A stretch of 64,000 nucleotides of DNA from an uncultured delta proteobacterium (GCA_963706575.1 CAVPNL010000018.1:1-64000), one strand, 5' to 3'; shown: positions 1 through 12,430, counted from the stretch's first letter. Notes: a model not told the origin generated them from the letters alone. Translations and numbers: made by a program.

Positions 1-1023
1 AAAATTCAGATGGGCCAAAAATTGACCCAAGGTCTTGGCGCCGGAGCCAATCCTCAAATCGGCCGCGATGCCGGTCTCGAAAGTGAGGAAGCGCTGCGCG
101 AAGCGCTGAGCGACAGTCACATGGTATTTATCACCGCGGGATTCGGAGGCGGTACCGGAACCGGCGCGGCCCCGGTAATCGCCGAAATTTGCAAAGATAT
201 GGGTGCCCTGACGGTGGCAGTGGTTACCAAACCGTTTGCGTTCGAAGGCAAAAAGCGCACCAAACTGGCTGACGAGGGCCTCGATAGTTTGAAAATGGTG
301 GTGGATACGGCCATTACCATACCCAATGATCGGCTGAGAGGCCTGGCACCCAAAAATGCGAAGCTGGTGGAAATGTTTTTGAAAGCAGATGAGATCCTGC
401 TGCATTCCGTCAAAGGTATCACGGACCTGATCATGATGCCCGGGCTGGTAAACCTGGATTTTGCAGATGTCAAGACTACCATGTCAAAAGCGGGCATGGC
501 CATTATGGGGATCGGTATTGCTTCCGGGGAAAACCGTTCGATTGAAGCCGCCGAAAGGGCCATGTCGCATCCGCTTCTGGAAGACATACCGATTACCGGT
601 GCAAAGGGTGTCTTGATGAACATCACCAGCAGCAGTGACATGGAATTTGAAGAGGTGGCCGAAGCTTCAGAGCGCATTCACGCTGAAGTCGGCGACGATG
701 CCGACATCTTCTGGGGCACCTCCATTGATGACAGCCTCGGCGATGAGATGCGCGTCACCGTTCTGGCAACGGGTATCGGTGCGGAAGAACAGCAAACCGC
801 AATCGTGAGCGATGCGCTCAATCTGCCGTTGAGAGGCAAAGTTCGCGACATTACGCCGAATGATCTGGAAAGAGACATCATTGATTACGAGGAACCGACT
901 TTTATTCGCCAGCAAAAGGCCGTGGGAGAAAGCAGCGGCGCCCTTTACAGAGGGCATCAGGGATTAACAGCCGAAGACAGCGAGCTGGATGTCCCGACTT
1001 TCTTGAGGCGCAAGGCCGATTAG
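1..1023 (+). CDS. ftsZ: Cell division protein FtsZ (N-terminus cut by window edge)
   Basis: Tubulin signature GGGTGTG, VNLDFADV, C-terminal LDVPTFLRR core; frame is open from base 1. Confidence 0.98.
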   Translation, partial: KIQMGQKLTQGLGAGANPQIGRDAGLESEEALREALSDSHMVFITAGFGGGTGTGAAPVIAEICKDMGALTVAVVTKPFAFEGKKRTKLADEGLDSLKMVVDTAITIPNDRLRGLAPKNAKLVEMFLKADEILLHSVKGITDLIMMPGLVNLDFADVKTTMSKAGMAIMGIGIASGENRSIEAAERAMSHPLLEDIPITGAKGVLMNITSSSDMEFEEVAEASERIHAEVGDDADIFWGTSIDDSLGDEMRVTVLATGIGAEEQQTAIVSDALNLPLRGKVRDITPNDLERDIIDYEEPTFIRQQKAVGESSGALYRGHQGLTAEDSELDVPTFLRRKAD

Positions 1024-1026
1024 AAT

Positions 1027-1056
1027 AGTCCGTTGTCAGTAGTCCGCTGACCGTTG
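1027..1056. repeat. 7-mer tandem arm (AGTCCGT/TGTCAGT/AGTCCGC/TGACCGT); complementary arm at 1464-1498
   Basis: Read directly; the partner unit AACGGAC is the reverse complement of GTCCGTT. Confidence 0.7.
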
Positions 1057-1104
1057 GTGAATGCCATTTTTGTCTTCAGCCAGGTTCTGCGTTCGGTACA
1101 ATGA

Positions 1105-1187
1105 TGAGTTGGATTAGTTTCATTGGTTAGATTGGTTGGTTTAGACTGAACCAATTGAACGAACTCGACCAATCAAACCAATAAAAC
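1105..1187. repeat. Inverted pair of 9-mer tandem arrays (TTGGTTNNN x4 / AACCAANNN x4)
   Basis: TGAGTTGGA TTAGTTTCA TTGGTTAGA TTGGTTGGT ... AACCAATTG AACGAACTC GACCAATCA AACCAATAA. Confidence 0.8.
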
Positions 1188-1504
1188 ATTTTATTTGTCT
1201 GGCACCGAAAATGGATTGGCTATTGACTATGGATCGGAAAGCCCCATTTTAATGTTTGAAACAAAAAAAATCCACATAGGTAATCAAACAATAAACAGCG
1301 GCTTAAAAAGTATCCGATTCAAAGAAAAACAACAATTGATTGGGTTTTCCAAACCGGGTGCTTTGCACCCGGTTTCACCCGCAACGATCAGGGCACTGCG
1401 TGCCCCTGTCTTTTGCCGCCTTTGGCGGCAAAATCCAAGCCCCCCGCTGTGCGGGTGGTCGCTGACCCGCGACGGAAAACGGACTACCGGCGACGGACAG
1501 CCCC

Positions 1505-3238
1505 ATGGTTTTGAAAACTCGAAAATCTGCCGGTCAGGCAAATGAAACCGAGATTGGAGCAATTCGAAAATCCTGGCGTAACCGGATCCGTTTTGCGCTG
1601 GTCTATCCCAATCGCTATCATTTGGGCATGTCCAATCTCGGTTTCCAGAGCGTCTATCGCCTGCTGAACAATTATGATCACGTTGTCTGCGAGCGCGTAT
1701 TTCTACCGGAGCCGACCCCAGGAAAACAGAAAGCGCCCCGGACCTTCGAGTCCGGAAAACGCCTGACCGATGCCGACGTTATTGCTTTTTCCCTCTCCTT
1801 TGAAAACGATTACCCCCATATCCTATCCATTCTTGACAGTATTGGCCTGCCCTTAAGAGCCGAGCAGAGAGGTGATCAAGACCCCCTGCTGCTCGCCGGC
1901 GGAGTCGCCAGTTTTATAAATCCGGAACCGATTGCCGCTTTTTTTGATTGCTTCCTGATCGGTGAAGCCGAAGTCATGCTGCCTCGTTTTGTGGACGTTT
2001 TTGAACCCGGAAACAACAAACACGCAACCCTGATATCCATTGCACGCAACGTTCCGGGCGCCTATGTGCCGGCCTTTTACAGTGTCGATTATCAGCGCGA
2101 TGGAACCATTGCATCCTTTAGCCCGCTGGAAGACGTCCCCCCGTCAGTCGAACGGACCTACCTCAAAGATCTGACCCGCACTACGACCAGCAGCGCCATC
2201 CTGACTCCTGACACCACCTTTGACCGGACCTATCTGATTGAAACCGGCAGAGGCTGCCCGCACGGCTGCCGCTTCTGCAGTGCCGGATTCATTTATCGAC
2301 CGCCGCGCTTCAGGCCGGTTTTAAAACTGGCCCAAAATATTAATCAGGGGATCGCCCAGACCCGCCGCATCGGTCTGGTGGGCTCTGCTGTTTCAGATCT
2401 TCCGGGTATTGGTGATTTGTGTAATCAATACAAAGACAAAGACATCCGGATATCTTTCAGTTCGCTGCGGGCCGATAAGATATCACCGGAACTGTTGTCG
2501 GCTCTCAAGCAGAGCAAAGTGAAAACAGCAACGCTTGCCCCGGATGCCGGATCCGAGCGTATGCGCAAAGTCATTAATAAGGGGGTTACAGAGGAAGCGA
2601 TTTTAGCTGCCGCCGATGCGCTGGTCGCAAACGGTATCCCCAACTTAAAATTGTATTTTATGATCGGGCTGCCCACCGAAACAATTGATGATGTCGCTGC
2701 GATCATCGGTTTGTGCAAAAAAATCAAGCATGGTTTTTTAAAATCCAGCAAAGCCCGCAAACGCATCGGTGAAATTACAGTCAGCTTAAACTGTTTTGTG
2801 CCCAAACCGTTTACGCCGTTTCAATGGGTGGCTATGAATGAGGTCGGTGCATTGAAAAAAAAGATCCAGAAAGTCAAAAATGATTTGAAAAAGACCCCCA
2901 ATATTCGCATTCATTCGGATATACCGCGCTGGGCCTATATTCAGGCACTTTTTTCCCGGGGGGACCGCAGGGTCGCCGATATCCTGCAGTTGGCACATAC
3001 TTACAACGGCAACTGGGCTCAAACTTTTAAAGCCACATCCGTCAACCCGGACTTCTATGTCCTAAGGAACCGCCATGTCGATGAGCAGCTTCCCTGGGAT
3101 TTTATTGATCAGGGAATCAAAAAGCCCTATTTACAGCAAGAATTCCAAAAAGCGCTAAAAGCTCAGCCTTCACCGACTTGCCGTGTTGAGACCTGCAATA
3201 TTTGCGGTGTATGCAATCAAAAATCAGATGTCAGATGA
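1505..3238 (+). CDS. Radical SAM protein (TIGR03960-like)
   Basis: CPHGCRFC CxxxCxxC motif; YPNxYxxGMSNLG N-terminus; LPWD and C-terminal Cys cluster. Confidence 0.9.
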   Translation: MVLKTRKSAGQANETEIGAIRKSWRNRIRFALVYPNRYHLGMSNLGFQSVYRLLNNYDHVVCERVFLPEPTPGKQKAPRTFESGKRLTDADVIAFSLSFENDYPHILSILDSIGLPLRAEQRGDQDPLLLAGGVASFINPEPIAAFFDCFLIGEAEVMLPRFVDVFEPGNNKHATLISIARNVPGAYVPAFYSVDYQRDGTIASFSPLEDVPPSVERTYLKDLTRTTTSSAILTPDTTFDRTYLIETGRGCPHGCRFCSAGFIYRPPRFRPVLKLAQNINQGIAQTRRIGLVGSAVSDLPGIGDLCNQYKDKDIRISFSSLRADKISPELLSALKQSKVKTATLAPDAGSERMRKVINKGVTEEAILAAADALVANGIPNLKLYFMIGLPTETIDDVAAIIGLCKKIKHGFLKSSKARKRIGEITVSLNCFVPKPFTPFQWVAMNEVGALKKKIQKVKNDLKKTPNIRIHSDIPRWAYIQALFSRGDRRVADILQLAHTYNGNWAQTFKATSVNPDFYVLRNRHVDEQLPWDFIDQGIKKPYLQQEFQKALKAQPSPTCRVETCNICGVCNQKSDVR

Positions 3239-3318
3239 CAGGTGAAAATCGGGCTGCGACCCTGGAATCGAATTTGAGATGGCCTTATATAATAAAATGT
3301 TGTTGGGTATTGATGAAC

Positions 3319-4014
3319 TCAGGCGGGTGAGGCGGTAAAGGACCATTTGCCTTTTAGCGTAGGGGATTTGAGCGCCTGCTCTAATTCTCTGAGAAACCGG
3401 GTTCTGGGTATTTCCTGAGCACCGAAACTGAGCAAGTGCGGCGTGCTGATCTGGCAGTCAATAAAATTGAACTCCAGGGTCTGCAGGTATTGAACCAGAG
3501 CCACCAGTGCCACTTTAGACGCATTGCTGATATGCGTAAACATTGACTCTCCGAAGAAGCATTTACCCAGTGAGACTCCGTACAGACCACCGACCAAACT
3601 GCCATCCTGCCAGACTTCAACCGAATGCGCCAGCCCGGATTCATGCAGCTTGCAATAGGCGGCAATCATTTCCTCAACGATCCAGGTGCCTTCATCCGCC
3701 TTGGTCCGGCTATGGGCACAGGCGTTTATGACCGACTCAAAGGCTTCATCCACCGTCAACTTAAACATATGTTTTTTGACGGTCTTCCTCAACGATCTGG
3801 ATGCCCTGAATTCGGATGGATAAAGAACGAGACGCGGGTCCGGCGACCACCACATGATCGGCTCATCTTCGGAATACCACGGAAAAATCCCCATCCGATA
3901 AGCAAGCAGAAGGCGCTCCTGACTCAAATCACCGCCAATCGCCAAGAGGCCTTCTTTGCGGGCAAGCTGGGGGGCGGGAAATACTAATTCGTCGGGTAGA
4001 AGGTAAACAGGCAT
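3319..4014 (-). CDS. aat: Leucyl/phenylalanyl-tRNA--protein transferase
   Basis: GGDLS, GIFPW, WWSPDPR, GGLYG, FFGESMF motifs; downstream of clpS-clpA. Confidence 0.96.
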   Translation of the reverse strand: MPVYLLPDELVFPAPQLARKEGLLAIGGDLSQERLLLAYRMGIFPWYSEDEPIMWWSPDPRLVLYPSEFRASRSLRKTVKKHMFKLTVDEAFESVINACAHSRTKADEGTWIVEEMIAAYCKLHESGLAHSVEVWQDGSLVGGLYGVSLGKCFFGESMFTHISNASKVALVALVQYLQTLEFNFIDCQISTPHLLSFGAQEIPRTRFLRELEQALKSPTLKGKWSFTASPA

Positions 4015-4022
4015 TCGATGTA

Positions 4023-4121
4023 GTTAATTGGTTAAATAGTTGATTGGTCAAATGGGTGTTGAATATTCAACTTCAGGGGTTATATGCAAGTCACGATTTG
4101 ACGATTTAACAATTTAACGAA

Positions 4122-4127
<6 letters not shown>
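4023..4127. repeat. Inverted pair of 8-mer arrays filling the clpA-aat junction
   Basis: GTTAATTG GTTAAATA GTTGATTG GTCAAATG ... ACGATTTG ACGATTTA ACAATTTA ACGAATTA; the last unit contains the clpA stop. Confidence 0.8.
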
Positions 4128-6365
<2,238 letters not shown>

Positions 6366-6368
6366 GGC

Positions 6369-6683
6369 CTACTCTCTTTCCATTGTACATTTAAGCGGAA
6401 AGCCTCTTTCGCGAGCCAAGGCTTCAACCGTATTGACTTTAGTTTCGGCAACCTCAAAAGAATATATCCCGCACAGCCCGACACCGGTATGGTGGACATT
6501 CAGCATAATAAACGTCGCGTCGGTCACTGATTTGTGGAACACAAACCGCAGAACTTCAACGACAAAATCCATAGTGGTATAATCATCGTTCAGAAGCAAC
6601 ACTTTATACAGCGGTGGTTCTTTGACCTCTTTGCCAGCCTCTGAACGAACATCCTCTTCCAGTTCGGGATTAAATTCACCCAT
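6369..6683 (-). CDS. clpS: Clp protease adaptor ClpS
   Basis: [17 protein letters not shown] and FPLKC motifs. Confidence 0.97.
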   Translation of the reverse strand: MGEFNPELEEDVRSEAGKEVKEPPLYKVLLLNDDYTTMDFVVEVLRFVFHKSVTDATFIMLNVHHTGVGLCGIYSFEVAETKVNTVEALARERGFPLKCTMERE

Positions 6684-6696
6684 GGAAACCTTCTCC

Positions 6697-6743
6697 GATC
6701 TAAAATGAGCGTTTCAAACCCAGACAATCGCTCAATTTAGATC
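6697..6743. repeat. REP/MITE-like palindrome of the CCTAAAWTGAGCG family
   Basis: GATCTAAAATGAGCG...CGCTCAATTTAGATC, 15-bp IR with one mismatch; related copies at 9442, 10855, 11243, 13530, 26633, 57634-57770. Confidence 0.75.
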
Positions 6744-6882
6744 CAAAAGTCTTAACTTCGATGCTCAGCGAGTGGCATATTGAGTGCTGCAACTTATTGG
6801 ATCAGGCTGGTTGATGCTTTTACTATAATCATCTGAATCCCAGCTTGTAAAGGGCACCGAATCAATTTTGTTAAGATAGATG

Positions 6883-9408
6883 CTAGCGGCCGCAACATTT
6901 TTTAAATTTTTTACCACTGCCGCACGGGCAGGGCGCATTGCGACCGACTTTTTGGGTTTTGCGCTGAGCCGTTTTTGGTTTTTCAGCTCCCTCACCGCCT
7001 GAAAATACCATTTTCTGCGCCTTTGGCTTTCGCAGATCGTCTATTTTTTTAGGCTCTTCAATCTGGATGCGAAACAGGATCCCGAGGGTCTCGTCTTTAA
7101 TCCGCGAAATCATGTCATTGAACATCTCAAAGCCTTCTTTTTTATAAATGAGCAGCGGATTTTGCTGAGCATAACCTCGCAAGCCGATACCCTCTTTAAG
7201 ATGATCCATTGAAAGAAGATGATCTTTCCAGAGATTGTCAACTGTTTGCAGCATGACCACCCGCTCCAGTTGTCTGAAATCTTCAGGGCCGACGGCTGAT
7301 TCGCGTTGATCGTAAAGCTTGCTGGCGCTGTCAAAAATCAAATCCGCCAGGGCGTCCCGATCGAGGTCATCCAGCGTGTCCGCGTCAAATCCGTCTAAAT
7401 GGAAGTTAAATTGTTTAAAAACAGCAGTGCGAATGCCTTTTAAATCCCATTCTTCGGGCAAACCTTTTTCTCCTGCAAATCCATCGGCGATTTCTGTGGC
7501 TTTTTCCCGCATCATTTCAACAATCGCGGACTTTAAGCTCTTGCCGTCCAGGGCTTCGCGGCGCTGCCGATAAATCACCTCGCGCTGCTGATTCATGACG
7601 TCATCATATTCAAGCAACTGCTTGCGAATTTCAAAATTGTGCCCTTCCACGCGTCCCTGCGCATTTTCAATTGCCCGGCTGATCATATTATGCTCGATCG
7701 GCTCACCGTCCGGCATGCCCAGCTTCTCCATGATGCCGGTAATTCGTTCACCGCCGAAAATTCGCAGCAGGTCATCTTCCAGCGCCAGGTAAAAGCGAGA
7801 AGAACCCGGATCTCCCTGTCGGCCGGAGCGGCCCCGCAACTGATTGTCGATCCGGCGGCTTTCATGCCGCTCGGTACCCATGATGTGCAGCCCGCCAAGA
7901 CCGGTCACGCCTGCTCCCAGCACAATGTCGGTGCCGCGGCCGGCCATGTTGGTCGAAATCGTAACCGCACCCGGCTGCCCGGCCATGGCAATGATCTCGG
8001 CTTCGCCTTCATGATTTTTGGCATTCAGCACGGAGTGCTTGATACCCCTTTTTTTCAGTTTCTTGCTGAGGTTTTCGGAAACATCAATTGAAATCGTGCC
8101 CACCAGCACCGGTTGCCCCTGGGTATTCAATTCCTTAATTTCATCTAAAACCGCATCAAATTTATCTTGACGGGTTTTATAAATGGCATCCGGAAAATCC
8201 TTGCGAATCATCGGCATATTGGTGGGGATCACCATCACATCAAGGTCGTAAATCTTTTTAAACTCCGGCGCTTCGGTATCGGCCGTACCGGTCATACCGG
8301 CGAGCTTATCATACATTCGAAAATAATTCTGAAAGGTGATGGTGGCCAGGGTCTGGTTTTCATTTTCAATTTTAACTTCTTCTTTGGCCTCCAATGCCTG
8401 GTGCAGCCCTTCACTATATCGGCGACCGGGCATCAGGCGGCCGGTAAATTCATCGACGATAATCACTTCACCATCTTTGACAATGTAATCAACGTCGCGC
8501 TTAAATAACGTATGGGCCTTGAGGGCCTGATTGATGTGGTGCAGCAGTTCGATGTACCGGGGATCAAACAAATTATCCACTTTGAGCAGCTGCTCACAGC
8601 GGGCAACGCCCTCTTCGGTCAGGGTCGCCGAGCGCGCTTTTTCATCAATGCTGTAATGATTCGCCGCGGAAAGCCGCGGAATCAGGCCGTTGACCTGATA
8701 GTAAAGATCGGTTGATTTTTCCGCCGGACCCGAAATAATCAACGGCGTTCGGGCCTCGTCGATCAATATGCTGTCGACCTCATCGACAATGGCAAAGTTG
8801 AGCATAGGCTGAACCAGCGCCTTGTGATCAAACTTCATATTGTCTCTGAGATAATCAAAACCGAACTCATTGTTGGTTCCATAGGTGATGTCGGCTGCAT
8901 AGGCCGCCTGTCGTTCGGCATCGTCCATCCCATGGACAATCGTGCCCATTGATAAACCCAGGAATTGGTAAATATGGCCCATCCATTCGGTGTCGCGACG
9001 GGCCAGGTAATCGTTTACCGTAACAATATGCACACCTTTTCCGGTTAAGGCATTCAGGTAGGCCGGCAGGGTGGCCACCAGGGTTTTGCCCTCACCGGTT
9101 TTCATTTCTGCAATTTTGCCTTCATGCAGCACGATTCCGCCGATCAGCTGGACATCAAAATGCCGCATTTTCAGAGTCCGTAACGACGCTTCTCTGACAG
9201 CCGCAAAGGCTTCGGGCAAAAGGTCGTCCAGGGGTTCGCCCTGTTCGATGCGCTCTTTAAACTTAGGCGTCTGGGCCCTGAGCTGCTCATCGCTCATGGC
9301 CTGGATTTCCTTCTCAAGGCCATTGATGCGCTCAACCAGGGGTTGCAGCCGCTTTAATTCCCGTTCGTTTTTGCTGCCAAAAACTTTGGTCAATGCATTT
9401 AATATCAT
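6883..9408 (-). CDS. secA: Preprotein translocase subunit SecA
   Basis: [28 protein letters not shown]-terminal [13 protein letters not shown]. Confidence 0.99.
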   Translation of the reverse strand: MILNALTKVFGSKNERELKRLQPLVERINGLEKEIQAMSDEQLRAQTPKFKERIEQGEPLDDLLPEAFAAVREASLRTLKMRHFDVQLIGGIVLHEGKIAEMKTGEGKTLVATLPAYLNALTGKGVHIVTVNDYLARRDTEWMGHIYQFLGLSMGTIVHGMDDAERQAAYAADITYGTNNEFGFDYLRDNMKFDHKALVQPMLNFAIVDEVDSILIDEARTPLIISGPAEKSTDLYYQVNGLIPRLSAANHYSIDEKARSATLTEEGVARCEQLLKVDNLFDPRYIELLHHINQALKAHTLFKRDVDYIVKDGEVIIVDEFTGRLMPGRRYSEGLHQALEAKEEVKIENENQTLATITFQNYFRMYDKLAGMTGTADTEAPEFKKIYDLDVMVIPTNMPMIRKDFPDAIYKTRQDKFDAVLDEIKELNTQGQPVLVGTISIDVSENLSKKLKKRGIKHSVLNAKNHEGEAEIIAMAGQPGAVTISTNMAGRGTDIVLGAGVTGLGGLHIMGTERHESRRIDNQLRGRSGRQGDPGSSRFYLALEDDLLRIFGGERITGIMEKLGMPDGEPIEHNMISRAIENAQGRVEGHNFEIRKQLLEYDDVMNQQREVIYRQRREALDGKSLKSAIVEMMREKATEIADGFAGEKGLPEEWDLKGIRTAVFKQFNFHLDGFDADTLDDLDRDALADLIFDSASKLYDQRESAVGPEDFRQLERVVMLQTVDNLWKDHLLSMDHLKEGIGLRGYAQQNPLLIYKKEGFEMFNDMISRIKDETLGILFRIQIEEPKKIDDLRKPKAQKMVFSGGEGAEKPKTAQRKTQKVGRNAPCPCGSGKKFKKCCGR

Positions 9409-9465
9409 TTCTGGGGTGTCACCTTCCCGTATGGTTTAAAATAAATTGAGCGTTTCAAACTTTAT

Positions 9466-9511
9466 AATCTCGTAAAAAGTCAGAAAAGCAATCTTTTTAC
9501 GAGTGTGTTTT
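9466..9511 (-). repeat. 3' part of the CTCGTAAAAAG...CTTTTTACGAG element, reversed relative to 37707-37875
   Basis: Reverse complement AAAACACACTCGTAAAAAGATTGCTTTTCTGACTTTTTACGAGAT matches 37826-37870. Confidence 0.75.
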
Positions 9512-9640
9512 AAAGTACGAATAGTTGATCTCCTGAGCTGAATTATACCAAATTTCGGGTTACTCTCAATAACAAATTTGGCCATTTATCCAATATTGCG
9601 TTTCCTCTCCGAGCCATCGGCTAAACGAGCCGGAGGCTAA

Positions 9641-9678
9641 GACCCATTTTTCCAAAATTCCAGCATTCCACCATTCCC
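9641..9678 (-). repeat. 8-mer array (ATTCCANN); near-identical copy at 19549-19585 on +
   Basis: Reverse complement GGAATGGTGGAATGCTGGAATTTTGGAAAAATGGG vs GGAAGGGTGAAATACTGGAATATTGGAAAAATGGG. Confidence 0.7.
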
Positions 9679-9868
9679 CGCGGGGCGCAGGCCCTAAAGT
9701 CCGGAGGCCATTAGCGGCGAAATTTGGCATGCGGTGAGCATTGGAGGCAAGGCCAGACGGCTGAAATTGAAGCGAATAGAAACAGAAATCTTCCACACGG
9801 ATGCAATTGCTGCTGATCCGGGTCAGCTTATGGCCTGTGGACAGATAAGTATGGACCGTTCCGGGGTA

Positions 9869-10807
9869 TTAATTCAGGATGTATTTAAATGGATTTACCG
9901 GAATCCCGTTCAGGCGCACTTCGTAATGCACGTGCGGACCGGTGCTGCGGCCGGTATCTCCAACCAGGGCAATGGGCTCCCAGCGTTTGACTTTTTCACC
10001 GCGTTTTTTCAAAAACTTCTGACAATGCCCGTAGCGTGTGATCATGCCGTGGCCGTGATCAATAGTAACGGTATTGCCCAGAAGTCCTTTGCGACCGACA
10101 AAAATGATCACCCCATCGGCAGTCGCCATAATCGGTGTGCCTTCCCGGGTGGAGATGTCATATCCCTGGTGAAACTCCCGTTGTCCGGTAAAAGGCGATT
10201 GCCGAAAGCCGAATTTGGATGTCACCCAGGATTTTTCACCGCGGGAAATGGGCCGGATGGCGGGGGTGGAAGCCAGCAGGTTATGTTGATCTTCTAAAGA
10301 TTTAAGAAGGGATTCGAATTCATTCTGTTGATGAATGGATGCGAGATTGAGCTCATCAATCTGTTCATGCATATCGCGCATCAAACTGTTGTGCTTTTCC
10401 ATTAGCGGCAGCCGGGCGTCCAGATCTTCGGGTACGGAACCGCCAACACCGAAAATATTCTTTGATTCATCGGTTTTTTCGATATTGGCGATGATGCGTA
10501 TTTTGGTCTCAAAATTGTTCAGCGCCACCAATTTGTTCTTTAATGAATTGATCTCACCGGCGAACTCTTGAATCTGCTTGCGTTGATTTTGAATCTCCAC
10601 CAGTTCACTGGTCAGATGAACCTCGCGGTTTTTCAGATGCACGGTGGTTTTTTTAAGCTGGAAATAATCGTAAATGACATAGCCAAAGAATATCAGGCAG
10701 GCGGCAAGAAAAAAACTGACCAAACCAATTGAGGCCTTGGAAGCGCAGATTTGCTTTGCCGGTGCTCCGCTATTGCTGAGTACGACAAAAGAAATTTTCT
10801 TTCGCAT
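9869..10807 (-). CDS. M23 family metallopeptidase (N-terminal TM helix and coiled coil)
   Basis: HQGYD (HxxxD) and STGPHVHYEV (HxH) zinc motifs. Confidence 0.95.
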   Translation of the reverse strand: MRKKISFVVLSNSGAPAKQICASKASIGLVSFFLAACLIFFGYVIYDYFQLKKTTVHLKNREVHLTSELVEIQNQRKQIQEFAGEINSLKNKLVALNNFETKIRIIANIEKTDESKNIFGVGGSVPEDLDARLPLMEKHNSLMRDMHEQIDELNLASIHQQNEFESLLKSLEDQHNLLASTPAIRPISRGEKSWVTSKFGFRQSPFTGQREFHQGYDISTREGTPIMATADGVIIFVGRKGLLGNTVTIDHGHGMITRYGHCQKFLKKRGEKVKRWEPIALVGDTGRSTGPHVHYEVRLNGIPVNPFKYILN

Positions 10808-10996
10808 GGCGGTATACCTTAAAACGAATTCTAAATATGCCCGGGTTATCTTTACCTAAATTGAGCGTTTCAAATTTTAAAAAGAGATTTTATCCTATTT
10901 CAACAAATACGAATACGCTGATTGCAGCCTTTAATTACATTTCGGGATTTTTTGGTATCACATCCCAAATATCCCTGTCAAGATCAGATAGCAAAC

Positions 10997-11039
10997 AAAA
11001 AAAGAACACCCTCAGGCACGGTCACCTAAAAGCGTTCTC
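10997..11039 (-). terminator. Intrinsic terminator directly after the riboswitch aptamer
   Basis: Minus strand GAGAACGCTTTTAGGT-gaccgt-GCCTGAGGGTGTTCTT followed by a T-run. Confidence 0.75.
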
Positions 11040-11050
11040 ATTACAGATAG

Positions 11051-11135
11051 TCGGCAACCTGGCAGTCTTAGCCCTATCGGCTTTAGACCCATGGCTTTGC
11101 GTCGCCATCTTTCGGTGACTTTGCCTGTTCAATTT
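11051..11135 (-). ncRNA. c-di-GMP-I (GEMM) riboswitch aptamer
   Basis: Minus strand GGCAAA-GTCACC-GAAA-GATGGC-GACGCAAAGCCATGGGTCTAAAGCC-GATA-GGGCTAAGACTGCCAGGTTGCCGA fits the GEMM consensus. Confidence 0.9.
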
Positions 11136-11154
11136 ATAAAATTGTCCTAAAAAC

Positions 11155-11183
11155 AATATATTAGGGTGCAATTTATTTGTCAA
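11155..11183 (-). promoter_or_regulatory. sigma70-type promoter for the riboswitch leader
   Basis: TTGACA-N17-TATATT on the minus strand. Confidence 0.65.
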
Positions 11184-11209
11184 TATATAAATAGTTTAAT
11201 CTATTACCT

Positions 11210-11236
11210 ATATCGGCTTGATACCCCTAAACTTTA
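11210..11236 (-). promoter_or_regulatory. sigma28 (FliA)-type promoter
   Basis: TAAAGTTT-N11-GCCGATAT vs consensus TAAAGTTT-N11-GCCGATAA. Confidence 0.65.
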
Positions 11237-11242
11237 GCTTTT

Positions 11243-11288
11243 TTTAACCTGAATTGAGCGATTGTCAAAACGCTCAATTCAGGTTAAA
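11243..11288. repeat. Perfect 18-bp inverted repeat of the CCTAAAWTGAGCG family; may also terminate folD
   Basis: TTTAACCTGAATTGAGCG-ATTGTCAAAA-CGCTCAATTCAGGTTAAA. Confidence 0.8.
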
Positions 11289-11300
11289 TTTTGAAAATAG

Positions 11301-12209
11301 TTAGGCCAAGCCCAGTTTGAACTTTAAAGACTTGAGGGTATTTTTCATCAGCATGGTGACGGTCATTGGCCCGACTCCGCCTGGCACCGGCGTGATCGAT
11401 CCGGCAATTTCCTTGGCCGCGTCAAAATCCACATCACCACTTAAGATTGCAATTTTCTTTCCGGTTTTTTCGCTGATTTTCTCACCGACCCGGTTGACTC
11501 CCACATCGATCACACAGGCCCCCGGTTTGATCCACTCGGGTTTAACCAGGCCCGGAACCCCGGCAGCAACAATTAAAATGTCGGCCCGCTTACAATGGCC
11601 GGCCAGATCTTTGGTGCGGGTATGGACGACGGTTACGGTTGAATTGGCACCATCACCTTTTTGCAGCATCATATTGGCGATCGGCTTGCCGACGATGTTC
11701 GAACGCCCGACGACAACCACTTCGGCGCCGCTAGTTTCCACTCCGGCGCGTACAATCATTTCCTGGATCCCGGCCGGGGTGCAGGGCGGAAATTTAACTT
11801 CTTTACCGCCAATCATCAGGCGGCCCACATTTACCGGGTGAAATCCATCCACATCCTTATCCGGATCGATGGCATTGAGCACCTTTTTTTCATCCAAATG
11901 CTTTGGCAGCGGAAGTTGAACCAGAATACCGTGAATTGAATCATCGTTGTTGTACTTGTCGACTAAGGCCAGCAGCGTTTCCTCGGAAATATCGTCGTCC
12001 TGGCTGTCTTGAATCTCTTTGAAACCCAGCTTATTGGCAGTTTGGATTTTCAGCGTTACATAAGAAATGGAGGCGGGGTTTTCCCCGACCAAAATGGTCA
12101 CCAGGCCCGGAACGACGCCGTGTTTTTCTTTAATTTCTGCGACCTCTTCTGCAATCTCTTTTAGAATGTCTTCGCGGATCTCTGTCCCCTTGATCAACTT
12201 TGCTGTCAT
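11301..12209 (-). CDS. folD: Bifunctional methylene-THF dehydrogenase/cyclohydrolase FolD
   Basis: GILVQLPLP, KDVDGFHP, PCTP, GRSNIVGKP, TPVPGGVGPMT; ATG after a GGAG SD. Confidence 0.97.
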   Translation of the reverse strand: MTAKLIKGTEIREDILKEIAEEVAEIKEKHGVVPGLVTILVGENPASISYVTLKIQTANKLGFKEIQDSQDDDISEETLLALVDKYNNDDSIHGILVQLPLPKHLDEKKVLNAIDPDKDVDGFHPVNVGRLMIGGKEVKFPPCTPAGIQEMIVRAGVETSGAEVVVVGRSNIVGKPIANMMLQKGDGANSTVTVVHTRTKDLAGHCKRADILIVAAGVPGLVKPEWIKPGACVIDVGVNRVGEKISEKTGKKIAILSGDVDFDAAKEIAGSITPVPGGVGPMTVTMLMKNTLKSLKFKLGLA

Positions 12210-12280
12210 CTTCAATCTCCTTTCAACATTATTTATTAGACGCTTAAGTGTAATTTCTTGGCGTTTTATTATTTTTTTTC

Positions 12281-12361
12281 ATCACGAAAACACGAAATAT
12301 AAAAAGCACGAAATTTTTCTTATTCCTTTTTCGCGTTTTCGTACTTTCGTGCTTTCGTGAT
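12281..12361. repeat. Inverted CACGAAA / TTTCGTG 8-mer arrays
   Basis: ATCACGAAAACACGAAA...AGCACGAAA...TTTCGCGT TTTCGTAC TTTCGTGC TTTCGTGAT. Confidence 0.8.
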
Positions 12362-12402
12362 TAATTTATCCGTTACATACAATTCATTCCATGCAAAAAG
12401 TC

Positions 12403-12430
12403 AATAACTAATAACATATAACGAATAACT
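12403..12430 (-). repeat. 7-mer arm (GTTATTN x4) starting just after the argC stop
   Basis: AATAACT AATAACA TATAACG AATAACT; same unit as 51860-51887. Confidence 0.7.

Noticed and set aside
1195..1545. 116-aa ORF in the ftsZ-radical SAM spacer
   Set aside because: TTG start without SD, runs through hairpins and a repeat arm, no recognisable domain.
9566..10297. ORFs 9566-9796 (-) and 9734-10297 (+)
   Set aside because: Translations of repeat DNA or the antisense shadow of the M23 gene.
11051..11135. cGAMP-sensing (GEMM-Ib) variant
   Set aside because: The discriminating position is G, not A.
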